From an uncultured Candidatus Saccharibacteria bacterium (GTDB taxonomy: Bacteria; Patescibacteriota; Minisyncoccia; Phycocordibacterales; UBA9973), in assembly GCA_964484005.1 (NCBI GenBank), contig CAZADR010000001.1:43927-107926 (forward strand): a DNA stretch of 64,000 nt, read 5' to 3'. Below the pieces are notes generated by a model. It did not search any database. It worked only from the letters and a program-made list of their open reading frames with translations, and was not told the DNA's origin. Shown here one piece after another: positions 36,479-45,078 of this stretch. How positions within the stretch are numbered: position 1 is the first letter of the stretch; each line of letters starts with the position of its first letter. Both the position numbers and the translations under genes were made by a program.

Positions 36479-36694
36479 CTACAACATGTCTTTTGTTAGG
36501 TCGTACAAATATTTTAATATTTGCCCCTTTTCGTCTTTTGCATACTCTTCCTTATCAACTAATTTGTTAAAATATCTTCTAATTCTATCTCTACTGAACT
36601 TTTTTCCACGTACTGTGTTGGCAAAACAAGTAAATGACGACCAGAAAGGGTTTTTCCTCTGAATATATTCAAATCTTCTTTTTATACTTCTCAT
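36479..36694 (-). CDS. Small basic hypothetical protein
   Basis: ORF only. Confidence 0.25.
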   Translation of the reverse strand: MRSIKRRFEYIQRKNPFWSSFTCFANTVRGKKFSRDRIRRYFNKLVDKEEYAKDEKGQILKYLYDLTKDML

Positions 36695-36843
36695 TATTTT
36701 ATTAGTTATTAATATTTCTCTTAACTAGACTGGGAAATCAGTCCAAGCAGTAGTTTTTGTTACGACATAATAAAATCACCACTTCTATGATTATAGAAAG
36801 TGGTATATATACAATTTACAATATTGTAAAAATAGGATGTGGA

Positions 36844-37578
36844 TTAATGCACATTAAACCTCCAACTTGAGCTTTTATAACTTCCATCAAGTTCTTCTCT
36901 CATAAAAACTTTATCAGAGTAAAGAGGCTTTTTTAGTTCTTTGTTTAAATCGGATATATATTGACGAAGCGTTTTCTCTCTTTGCTTTGATTGCATTCCT
37001 AATATATCGTAAATCTCTTCCTCTCCCACTGTTTCGTATTCTGCTTCAATGAAAATTTTACATAATTTCTTTAATCTTTTTGGTAAGGTAATGATTTCAT
37101 CATGAATTCTTATCGTATCATCATTATAAAGCTCCAAATCCCCAACACTTTTTTCCCTCATAGGTATTCGTAAAGATAAATCAATGCCACTCTTATATAA
37201 GATTTCATCTGTCTGTTTTAATGTTAAAACACTTTTAAAAGACTGTTTGTATTTTCTTAATTTCTTTAAATTTACATTTATATAGGTAATAACAAAATCA
37301 TCAGTTTCAATACGGCTTCCGTCTTCATTATATATTGACCCCTTAGAATAATCGGACATGGCTGGAATAGGTGTTCTTGAAGTCATTTTTAAGATTTTTT
37401 GTTCTTCTAAATTCAATAAAAATGAAATGCATTCTGAACTCGGTAATTTGAATTCCCAAGTCATTAATTCATAGCCCCCTCTAGGATTATTTTTTCTACT
37501 TTCTTTTGGATAAAGAAGAACTTGCTCCTCAATAAAAGATAAAATTCTTAAACACTCTACGAATTTCTTCTGCTCCAT
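36844..37578 (-). CDS. Hypothetical protein (244 aa), element cargo
   Basis: ORF only. No motif recognised. Confidence 0.4.
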   Translation of the reverse strand: MEQKKFVECLRILSFIEEQVLLYPKESRKNNPRGGYELMTWEFKLPSSECISFLLNLEEQKILKMTSRTPIPAMSDYSKGSIYNEDGSRIETDDFVITYINVNLKKLRKYKQSFKSVLTLKQTDEILYKSGIDLSLRIPMREKSVGDLELYNDDTIRIHDEIITLPKRLKKLCKIFIEAEYETVGEEEIYDILGMQSKQREKTLRQYISDLNKELKKPLYSDKVFMREELDGSYKSSSWRFNVH

Positions 37579-37883
37579 TTCTAGATTGTATTACAAAAAG
37601 TTCTAAAATCCCACCATTTTTCAGATGAGTATATTCGGTGTATCCTCTTTCATTTGGGTGTCCTCCCCCCGTACCCCTTATCAAATAAGAATATTACTAA
37701 TAGTAAATATTAAAATATAGATGTCGTAATGTAAGCTGTATTTGCTTATAGAAAGGCTATAACAACCTCTTTAATGGTCTATAAACACGCTATAAACCCT
37801 TATTGATGGTAAATTTATAGAAAGGTGCTATTATTGTTTTATAACTTAATATAAGAGTAGCCTAAACTTTTGTAGACAAAAGC

Positions 37884-37999
37884 ATGGTGAACGAAGTCAG
37901 GTAATGCATAAAAAACCCTTCATGGGGTCGCATTACCTGCCGTACAGGGAAACTTGTATGAGAGACTTAGGTCTCTACCCGTGAGGGGCTTTTTGTTTG
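37884..37999 (+). ncRNA. Candidate structured RNA element B, homolog of element A
   Basis: Same architecture as A with covarying stems: aggtaatgc/gcattacct, cagg-gaaa-cttg, agagac/gtctct, then gggctttttgtttg. Confidence 0.35.
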
Positions 38000-38040
38000 C
38001 CAATTACGGAAATTATTAATGATAAACAAAATACAAATAT

Positions 38041-38232
38041 ATGGAAAAGGAAACTTTTGGTCAATTCTTGGGTCGTAACTGGTGGCTGTTGCTTATTAGT
38101 TTTATTCACATGCTGAGGAATGGTGAAGATTTTACAGGAGGCGAGAAATTATTACTTTTTATCATTACTGGTGGAATAATAATATTTCTAATGTTTCTTT
38201 ATTGGTCTTATCAAAATAAGAAAAATAATTAA
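38041..38232 (+). CDS. Small membrane protein
   Basis: ORF with 2 transmembrane helices. Confidence 0.3.
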   Translation: MEKETFGQFLGRNWWLLLISFIHMLRNGEDFTGGEKLLLFIITGGIIIFLMFLYWSYQNKKNN

Positions 38233-38237
38233 TAATT

Positions 38238-38666
38238 ATGAAAAGAACACAAAGTATATTTTTAATTTTAATTGGAGTTGCTGTTTTAATTTTTACAATC
38301 TTTTATATCTCAAAAGAAGATACGAAAGATTTATTGGCAAAACAAGAGAGTTGCGTTAAGGCTTACGAAAAAATGAGTGCTGAAGCTCCAAAATCAAGTT
38401 TAGACAACGAAGGAATGATGACTGTTTCAAACCATGCCTTGTATAGTCAAACACAAAAAAGCTGTGTTGAAACTTTATATGTAAGCACTCTTTCTTTTAA
38501 AGACAAAAAACCTGAAGCAAAAGGTTATTTTTCAATAAAAGATATTTATACGGGAGAAGTTTATTTCGTTAAATTATTTACAAATGATACTGAAAGTAAA
38601 GATGTGGAAGCTTGGTATAAGTCAAAACTGAACGAATTAAAAACGTTTGGTAGTGATGAAAAATAA
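38238..38666 (+). CDS. Small secreted / lipoprotein-like hypothetical protein
   Basis: Signal peptide. ORF only. Confidence 0.4.
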   Translation: MKRTQSIFLILIGVAVLIFTIFYISKEDTKDLLAKQESCVKAYEKMSAEAPKSSLDNEGMMTVSNHALYSQTQKSCVETLYVSTLSFKDKKPEAKGYFSIKDIYTGEVYFVKLFTNDTESKDVEAWYKSKLNELKTFGSDEK

Positions 38667-38706
38667 GAAACTTATTAGATTTATATTATTAGTTAAAAAA
38701 ATAATT

Positions 38707-39066
38707 ATGAATAAATATATATTAAGCATGTTTGTATTAGTCGGTTTATTGGTTAGCGTAAACAACATCTACGCAAAAACTGTGCCTAGTAATCAAGTAA
38801 ATGCAATTGTAAAGATATTAAAAACTCTAGGTATAGAAAGTGGAAAAATAAGCGAGATAAAAAAGATATTGGAGGACGACAACATTACTACCCCCGTTAA
38901 AAACTACAGTCCAAACACAGGAAAAGAAATTATTCCTGAACCCAAAATAGAGGCTACTGGTTGTGAAAATAACTACAAGTTTAATATAAAAACTGGTCAA
39001 CCATGTTCAAGTTATAAAGCACCAACACCTCAGAAATGTTCTGGTTGGTGTCCCGCAAGTGCATAA
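38707..39066 (+). CDS. Small secreted Cys-containing hypothetical protein
   Basis: Signal peptide MNKYILSMFVLVGLLVSVNNIYA. C-terminal Cys pairs. Confidence 0.4.
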   Translation: MNKYILSMFVLVGLLVSVNNIYAKTVPSNQVNAIVKILKTLGIESGKISEIKKILEDDNITTPVKNYSPNTGKEIIPEPKIEATGCENNYKFNIKTGQPCSSYKAPTPQKCSGWCPASA

Positions 39067-39131
39067 ATAAAGATTGATTTTCCTAGTAAAAGTTGTAATA
39101 TCAAAATATTAGTAATAATCTCTAATATTAC

Positions 39132-39626
39132 ATGGAAAATACACCAAAGGATGACTGGTTTAAAAAGGCAATAGCTATAGCAATTCTACTCATAGGAGCC
39201 TCTGTGTTTTATTATTTTATTATTTTTCTTCCCTCAGAAAAAAGGGCTGAAAAAGATAAAGAAGCACAAAAAGAACAAGCTCTTGAAGCAAAAATAGCAG
39301 AAGAAAATTTAAAAGAAGAAGAGAGAAAACAAAATCTCCAAATATGTTTAGAAGAAAGCGAATACCAAACAACCTCTTCTCATTTATGGCTTTGTTCAAG
39401 CATAGGGAGAACTGAAAAATCTTGTGGGGAAGTTTTTGCTTCATCAAAAAATGTTTTTGATTCCTTAGCAAACTATAGGAGAATTTTCGGGGTTGAAAAA
39501 ACTGTTGATGACTTTGATGGGTTTTCAGAAAAATGTAATTGCGGGTTAGAAAAATACAGGAGAGATGAGTTTGCAGTAGAAAAAAAAGAAAGAGACGATA
39601 TTTGTTTTAAAACTTACGGAAATTAG
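39132..39626 (+). CDS. Membrane-anchored coiled-coil protein with a Cys-rich C-terminal domain
   Basis: Transmembrane helix, a K/E coiled-coil, and 6 Cys in the C-terminal half. Confidence 0.4.
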   Translation: MENTPKDDWFKKAIAIAILLIGASVFYYFIIFLPSEKRAEKDKEAQKEQALEAKIAEENLKEEERKQNLQICLEESEYQTTSSHLWLCSSIGRTEKSCGEVFASSKNVFDSLANYRRIFGVEKTVDDFDGFSEKCNCGLEKYRRDEFAVEKKERDDICFKTYGN

Positions 39627-39627
39627 T

Positions 39628-39858
39628 ATGAAAAAAATAAAAGAAATTTTAATAAAACTAAACGATTGGAAGTTTATTATTCTGATAATATTTATCCTTG
39701 GTAGTGCTTTTTATTGGTATGAGTTGAGACCAATACAAGAAAAAAAGGATTGTTTTGAAATGGCGAAAGAGTACGTTGTGGAAACAAAGGATTCTGGTAA
39801 TATAGAAGCCAGATTTAATAATGTTTTTGATTTATGTTTAAAGAAGAAAGGGTTATAG
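39628..39858 (+). CDS. Small membrane protein
   Basis: ORF with one transmembrane helix. Confidence 0.3.
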   Translation: MKKIKEILIKLNDWKFIILIIFILGSAFYWYELRPIQEKKDCFEMAKEYVVETKDSGNIEARFNNVFDLCLKKKGL

Positions 39859-39866
39859 TAAAATAT

Positions 39867-40220
39867 ATGAAAAAGATAATCCTCACGTTAATAATCCTAG
39901 CTCTAACTATCCCTGTTATTTCTTTTGCTCATTCTGGTAGGACTGATTCTTCGGGCTGTCATACTTGCCGTACAAATTGCCCTAATTGGGGTCTAGATTA
40001 TGGAGAATATCATTGTCATAGGTCAAAAGGCGTTGCTCAGCCTCTAGAGCCAGTTAGAAGCATTAGAAATGAAGGTGGTGTGGGACAAACTGTTCCAGCC
40101 CCTGAATATAAAATTCCAGCCAATACTGTAAATACGCCAGCAATAAATACAACTCCAACGCCCTCAACCCAAACAGAAAAAAAGAGCTGGATTGTAAGAT
40201 TTTTTAGCTGGTTGTTTTAA
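39867..40220 (+). CDS. Small secreted His/Cys-rich protein
   Basis: Signal peptide. HSGRTDSSGCHTCRTNCPNWGLDYGEYHCH is a metal-binding-like motif. Confidence 0.4.
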   Translation: MKKIILTLIILALTIPVISFAHSGRTDSSGCHTCRTNCPNWGLDYGEYHCHRSKGVAQPLEPVRSIRNEGGVGQTVPAPEYKIPANTVNTPAINTTPTPSTQTEKKSWIVRFFSWLF

Positions 40221-40230
40221 GTAAAATTTT

Positions 40231-40638
40231 ATGAAAAAAATTTTAAAATATTTTGGATTCATTATTTTGGTTCTTATTGGATTGTTTTTATTTGTTGCTA
40301 ATTTTTCTTCTATCAAATCAAATTTTCAATGCTCTGGTAAAATAACCTATCAAGAGACAACAGAATCAAAAACTATTTATATTATATTAGAAGAATATAG
40401 ATGGTGGGTAGGTCTTTGGGGTGATTCAGATGGTAATATGAAACTAGAAATTCCTAATGAGGATTTTGATTATTTTGATTCCATATTAGAAAATGGTAAT
40501 CTGCTTTCTATCTTTAAAACTTCTTATAATCCAAACCCAGAAAAAAAACTAGTTGGAAATTTTTCAACACTAAGTAAAACGTTAGATTTAGATACATCCT
40601 TTGGTGTTTTTAGTGGTTCTTGTAATATTATTAATTAG
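40231..40638 (+). CDS. Small secreted / membrane-anchored hypothetical protein
   Basis: N-terminal transmembrane helix or signal peptide. Confidence 0.4.
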   Translation: MKKILKYFGFIILVLIGLFLFVANFSSIKSNFQCSGKITYQETTESKTIYIILEEYRWWVGLWGDSDGNMKLEIPNEDFDYFDSILENGNLLSIFKTSYNPNPEKKLVGNFSTLSKTLDLDTSFGVFSGSCNIIN

Positions 40639-40646
40639 ATAAATTT

Positions 40647-40895
40647 ATGAAAAATAAAAAATTAATTATTATAATTCTGATTCTTTTAGTAGTAGGCGGA
40701 ACATTTTTTTATCTGACCAAGACATGCAATCCGCCATTTATTAAAGGGAATATTAATAGTGAGGGTGAAAAAATTTATCACATACCAAGCGGACAATTCT
40801 ATGACAAAACCATAATAGATAGAAGTGCGGGCGAAAGGTGTTTTATCTCAGAAAAAAGAGCTATCTATTCTGGCTGGAGGGCTTCATCAAAATAG
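40647..40895 (+). CDS. Small secreted hypothetical protein
   Basis: N-terminal transmembrane helix or signal peptide. Confidence 0.35.
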   Translation: MKNKKLIIIILILLVVGGTFFYLTKTCNPPFIKGNINSEGEKIYHIPSGQFYDKTIIDRSAGERCFISEKRAIYSGWRASSK

Positions 40896-40942
40896 AGATA
40901 ATTATATTTAACATACATAGGACAATGTGATAAAGTTCGTAG

Positions 40943-42502
40943 ATGCCACCGAATAAAGACCAAAAGGTAAAACTAACTTTTTCAGACTATTTTAATATCC
41001 CAAAAGAAACTTTAAAACAAGAGGGCTATTTTGATATTTCCCTCGCATCAGATTTACCAGTTTTTATTGACCCTTTTCACCTTTTTTATAGCAAAAAATT
41101 GGCTTATAAAAAACTTCACGAAGATATAATTAAATATCTAATTTTTCTCAAAGAAACTTCAAAAAATAATGGAAATAAACTATCAAACGGAATGATTGAG
41201 GAATACTATAGTTTTCATGAAGTAGAACAGACATGGTTAGGTTTTAGTGTTAAAGACAATAAGGGGCATGGGCTAGGAAAAAAGTTTGCTAAAGCACTTA
41301 ACGCAAATTTTAATGCCATGTTTGATGATTTTGGTGTTGGCATTAGTTCCCATCATCTTGAAAAGCTTACTCTTGTTTCAGATAATGTTGGCAAGGATAC
41401 TATCAGTGATTTTACTACGAATTTAATTTTAGGATACCTTGCTAAAGAAACAGAAAAATTTACCTTAAAACATATTGAAGAAAAACAAAGACAAAAATTT
41501 GCAGTTGAAAAAGCCGAATTTGACTACGAAGATAAAACTTGGACATCAAAAGTATTTACTTTACCAATATTCAATCAAGATTTTGTTTTGTTAACACCAA
41601 TAGATTTATTAACTAAAGATGAAACATGGATAAATAAAAATGAACTGCTTGATAAGTTTTCAGAAATCCCTTACTCTATTTCTAACCAAGCCCTAAGAGA
41701 AAAACTTTCTAGGTATTTTCAATCAAGAATTATTACTAATTCACCAAGCAAGATAGATAAAAAAACTGGCAAGGAGGTTATAAACATAACTCAAAAATCA
41801 AAGAGAATTTCAGCAAAAGAAACCATAACAGAATTCCCAGAGGCTATAGATTACTATATTAAAAAGAAAGAAGAAAATGGAGAACAAGCAATTAAGGGTG
41901 GGCTTGAAAAAGTTGCAGAAACCCGACAATTTGTTGAAGAGCAGTTTAGAGATTTTGCCACACTAGTTGAAAGCCATGGTGGTTTAAGCACAAAAAGACC
42001 CTCTTCTTTTGAAGAATCTCTAAAAGCAAGTCTTTACTTTAAGGAATGTGTTGAACTGCACGATGGATATAAAAATTTATATTACAAAGATTCTGTTTCG
42101 GGTCTAATTCCTCATGATGAACCCTCAATACAAAGATTGTATTGGTTTGTTTGGAACGGAAATTCAAGTGATTTAAACAAAGAAGTTTCAAATGGCTTGG
42201 GAACTGTTGACTACACAGCCTCTAATGGCAAAAAGGATAAAACACTTATTGAATTTAAGCTTGCTAGTAGTGGCTCTCTGAAAGATAATTTAAAAAATCA
42301 GCTAGAAAAGTATAAAGAAGTAAACAAAACAAAAAAAGGAATATGGATAATAATATTTTTTACTGCTGACGAAGAATTTAAATTAAAAACAATTCTTAGG
42401 GAACTTGAAATGGATAAAGTGGAAGGTATTATTCTTGTGGACGCAAGGTTAGATAACAAAATTACTGCGTCAAAAATCAAATCTTTAAAATCCAATGAGT
42501 AA
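40943..42502 (+). CDS. Hypothetical 519-aa protein, first gene of a two-gene operon with an Mrr-cat-like nuclease
   Basis: No recognised domain. The C-terminal segment GTVDYTASNGKKDKTLIEFKLA could be a PD-(D/E)xK-like motif. It overlaps the next gene by 8 nt. Confidence 0.45.
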   Translation: MPPNKDQKVKLTFSDYFNIPKETLKQEGYFDISLASDLPVFIDPFHLFYSKKLAYKKLHEDIIKYLIFLKETSKNNGNKLSNGMIEEYYSFHEVEQTWLGFSVKDNKGHGLGKKFAKALNANFNAMFDDFGVGISSHHLEKLTLVSDNVGKDTISDFTTNLILGYLAKETEKFTLKHIEEKQRQKFAVEKAEFDYEDKTWTSKVFTLPIFNQDFVLLTPIDLLTKDETWINKNELLDKFSEIPYSISNQALREKLSRYFQSRIITNSPSKIDKKTGKEVINITQKSKRISAKETITEFPEAIDYYIKKKEENGEQAIKGGLEKVAETRQFVEEQFRDFATLVESHGGLSTKRPSSFEESLKASLYFKECVELHDGYKNLYYKDSVSGLIPHDEPSIQRLYWFVWNGNSSDLNKEVSNGLGTVDYTASNGKKDKTLIEFKLASSGSLKDNLKNQLEKYKEVNKTKKGIWIIIFFTADEEFKLKTILRELEMDKVEGIILVDARLDNKITASKIKSLKSNE

Positions 42503-43337
42503 AAAAACAAAAGAAGAAGAGGTAGATGAAATAAAACAAAAAAGTGGGCATGGGCTTCATCTTAAAGTTGCCAACTATCTTGAATCTAAGGGTTGGGAAG
42601 TTGTTATTGGTCAATATTATATTGATATTGCAACTGGTTTATCTCGTGATTTAGATATACTTGCGACAAAGTATTTTCCAATAGCTGATAGCGGTACAAA
42701 CCTAAGAATTCGCTTTTTTATTGAATGCAAATATGTAGAAAATATAAATGTTGTTTGGTTCACACCAAAAGATTTAAAAAAGTCGCAGGCTCTTATTGCG
42801 GATACTGGTTTAATGAGAGGAAGTGAAGAACATGAAATGCGTATTGCAAATCCAGCAAGTTATATGCCTCTTTATCATCATTATATGGAAAATTCTCCTG
42901 TGGCTAAATTAACTGATAAAAAAGGTCAACAAGACATATTCTATCAAGGTGTTAATAGCTCTGTTCATGGAATGATTGCATTAAGAAACACTAACTACGA
43001 AAGGTTCAGTTTTGATTATCCAGTAATAGTTTTTGATTCTTTTGAGAAAATATTCCGTGCGACTGAAGACAATAAAAATATAGAAATTACTGAAAATTTT
43101 CAACGAGCCATTGATTACTCATATAAGCAAGAAGACCAGCTCAAAAGTAAGTATTTTATAATTGACATTGTGTCTTTTGAGTTAATAGACTCATTTTTAG
43201 AAAACATAGAAAAAGCGGATGTAGAGATTATGAAAAGTAAGGCATTCTCTCAGATTAAGGAAGAAAGATTTCAAGAAAGAATGCATAATATAAATAGGTA
43301 TTCTAATGATGACCCCTTTAATGATTACGGTATTTAA
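42495..43337 (+). CDS. Restriction-endonuclease-fold (Mrr catalytic-domain-like PD-(D/E)xK) protein
   Basis: GHGLHLKVANYLESKGWEV ... RDLDILA ... FIECKY matches the Mrr_cat pattern (G.G..E..L...G..V ... D.DI.A ... (Q/E)CK). Confidence 0.5.
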   Translation: MSKKTKEEEVDEIKQKSGHGLHLKVANYLESKGWEVVIGQYYIDIATGLSRDLDILATKYFPIADSGTNLRIRFFIECKYVENINVVWFTPKDLKKSQALIADTGLMRGSEEHEMRIANPASYMPLYHHYMENSPVAKLTDKKGQQDIFYQGVNSSVHGMIALRNTNYERFSFDYPVIVFDSFEKIFRATEDNKNIEITENFQRAIDYSYKQEDQLKSKYFIIDIVSFELIDSFLENIEKADVEIMKSKAFSQIKEERFQERMHNINRYSNDDPFNDYGI

Positions 43338-43436
43338 CTTTTTGTGGATTAAGTAATATATTATTAATGGGTGTGGGGTAATACTATTTAACAATAGAAA
43401 GTAATTTGTGTATTTGTTGTAAAGAAACAGAGGGGA

Positions 43437-44045
43437 ATGGGAAAACCTCTTCCCATTTTATCGTTCGTAAGCTATACTTCCAAGCGAGCAGAGAGAAAAT
43501 ATCTAAATAAATACTTAATTTTACAAAAGTGGTATAATTTTTCTATGGCAATAGAAAATAAAGCTTTTCTTTTATATGTTCGGAATTTTATTTTTGGGGC
43601 AGAAGATAGTCTGGTATCTACTGTTGGTCTGTTGGCTGGGGTGGTTTCGGCTGGGATGGCTCAAAGTGAAATATTGATTTCAGGTATAGTTTTAATTTGC
43701 GTAGAAGCATTTTCTATGTCGGTGGGAAGTTTTTTATCTGAGAGGACGACCGAAGAGTCTTGTATTGGGTACGAGGAGAAAAATAGTAATTCTTTACTAG
43801 CCTCTATAATTATGTTTTTTTCTTATTTTGTATGCGGGATGATTCCTTTATTTCCTTACTTTTTTATTTCAATTAATCTTGCTTTTTGGTGGTCTATATC
43901 TTTGAGTCTTGTTTCTTTGTTTGTTTTAGGTTTTATAAGTGCAAAGATTTTAAAAACTAAAATACTAAAAAGTGCTATCAGGATGATGCTTATTGGTGGA
44001 CTAGCGATAGGGCTGGGAGTCTTGGTGGGTATGATTATGAAATAA
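43437..44045 (+). CDS. VIT1/CCC1-family (DUF125) membrane protein; true start possibly the internal Met near 43542
   Basis: GAEDSLVSTVGLLAGV...EAFSMSVGSFLSE and a C-terminal transmembrane bundle, typical of VIT-family iron/manganese transporters. Confidence 0.55.
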   Translation: MGKPLPILSFVSYTSKRAERKYLNKYLILQKWYNFSMAIENKAFLLYVRNFIFGAEDSLVSTVGLLAGVVSAGMAQSEILISGIVLICVEAFSMSVGSFLSERTTEESCIGYEEKNSNSLLASIIMFFSYFVCGMIPLFPYFFISINLAFWWSISLSLVSLFVLGFISAKILKTKILKSAIRMMLIGGLAIGLGVLVGMIMK

Positions 44046-44097
44046 AATTGTATTTATTAATTTGCATGTACTTCTAATTTTTTGATATAATAAACTT

Positions 44098-44634
44098 ATG
44101 GAGAATTTTAAATTTATTCTTGGATCAATGATAGTTTTAGCTGTGATTGGATTGGGGGGCTATTGGGCTATAACCTCAATGCAGACTGGTAATGAATATG
44201 TAAGTACTCAAAAGATAGAAGATTTAGAAGACAAAAATGAAGAGCTAGAAAAAGAAGTTCGAAGACTTAAAAATGAGCTTAGTGCTTTGCAGCCAGAAGT
44301 GGTAGCAGAAGAAGAGAAAGAGCCACAAAAAGAAGAACCAACTCCAAAACCAGTGGAGACAGCTTACAAGCATCAGGTATTAATTGGTGAGTTGCAAGAG
44401 TTGATAGATGACAATATATTTCTAAAATTAAAATCAGCTGGTACCAGAGTCGGAACTGTGCAGAATTTTCTAAATATATATAATAAGACTTCAAATAGGG
44501 TAGATAATGATTACGGCGCAAGTACCAAGACTGCAGTAGCCGCTTTTCAAAAAGCACAGGGCTTGACCGCGGACGGGGAAGCAGGACCTGGGACATTTAA
44601 AAAGATGATTGAGTGGCTTAAAAAACAAGGCTAA
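44098..44634 (+). CDS. Membrane-anchored coiled-coil protein with a C-terminal peptidoglycan-binding domain (PG_binding_1)
   Basis: TVQNFLNIYNK...DNDYGASTKTAVAAFQKAQGLTADGEAGPGT. Confidence 0.65.
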   Translation: MENFKFILGSMIVLAVIGLGGYWAITSMQTGNEYVSTQKIEDLEDKNEELEKEVRRLKNELSALQPEVVAEEEKEPQKEEPTPKPVETAYKHQVLIGELQELIDDNIFLKLKSAGTRVGTVQNFLNIYNKTSNRVDNDYGASTKTAVAAFQKAQGLTADGEAGPGTFKKMIEWLKKQG

Positions 44635-44638
44635 ATTT

Positions 44639-45040
44639 ATGTTAAAAGATTTTAAGCAATTTTTACTTAGAGGAAATGTGGTTGATCTGGCTGTCGGTGT
44701 GGTCATCGGTGCTGCTTTTGGTACTGTGGTCTCTGCTTTGGTTTCCGACCTACTTACTCCTTTAATATCAGCTATTGCAAAAGTACCTGACTTTTCAGGA
44801 TTTTTTGTGACTATTAATGATAGTAAGTTTATGATTGGGCATTTTATTAATGCTTTGATTTCTTTTGTATTAGTTGCAGCGGCTGTATTCTTCTTTGTAG
44901 TAAAGCCGATGAATCTATTAGTTGAACATTCTCGCAAAGGACCACCAGCTGATCCAACTACTAAAAAATGTAAAGAATGTCTAAGTGAGATTCCGATTGA
45001 AGCCAAGAGATGTTCACATTGCACTCAATTAGTTTCTTAA
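44639..45040 (+). CDS. mscL: Large-conductance mechanosensitive channel MscL with a C-terminal CxxC...CxxC zinc-ribbon extension
   Basis: MLKDFKQFLLRGNVVDLAVGVVIGAAFG is the MscL N-terminal signature. The C-terminus is KKCKECLSEIPIEAKRCSHC. Confidence 0.85.
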   Translation: MLKDFKQFLLRGNVVDLAVGVVIGAAFGTVVSALVSDLLTPLISAIAKVPDFSGFFVTINDSKFMIGHFINALISFVLVAAAVFFFVVKPMNLLVEHSRKGPPADPTTKKCKECLSEIPIEAKRCSHCTQLVS

Positions 45041-45078
45041 TTTTATAAACAAAAACAGGGATGAGGTGGACAAAAGTC

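Larger units (their letters stand above)
25097..37999. mobile_element. Integrated mobile-element island of about 12.9 kb (probably two tandem or nested elements) adjacent to tRNA-Asn
   Basis: Two paralogous large serine recombinases, an excisionase-like HTH, RepA_N-like wHTH proteins, a terminase-small-like HTH and iteron-like repeats. The block is bounded by structured-RNA-like elements A and B. The exact right boundary is uncertain. Confidence 0.5.

Noticed and set aside
30202-37999. Elements A and B as simple attL/attR direct repeats of one integrated element
   Set aside because: They are only about 65% identical with indels, and their differences are compensatory within hairpins. Duplicated att cores should be identical and need not conserve structure. 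An att-associated role is not excluded.
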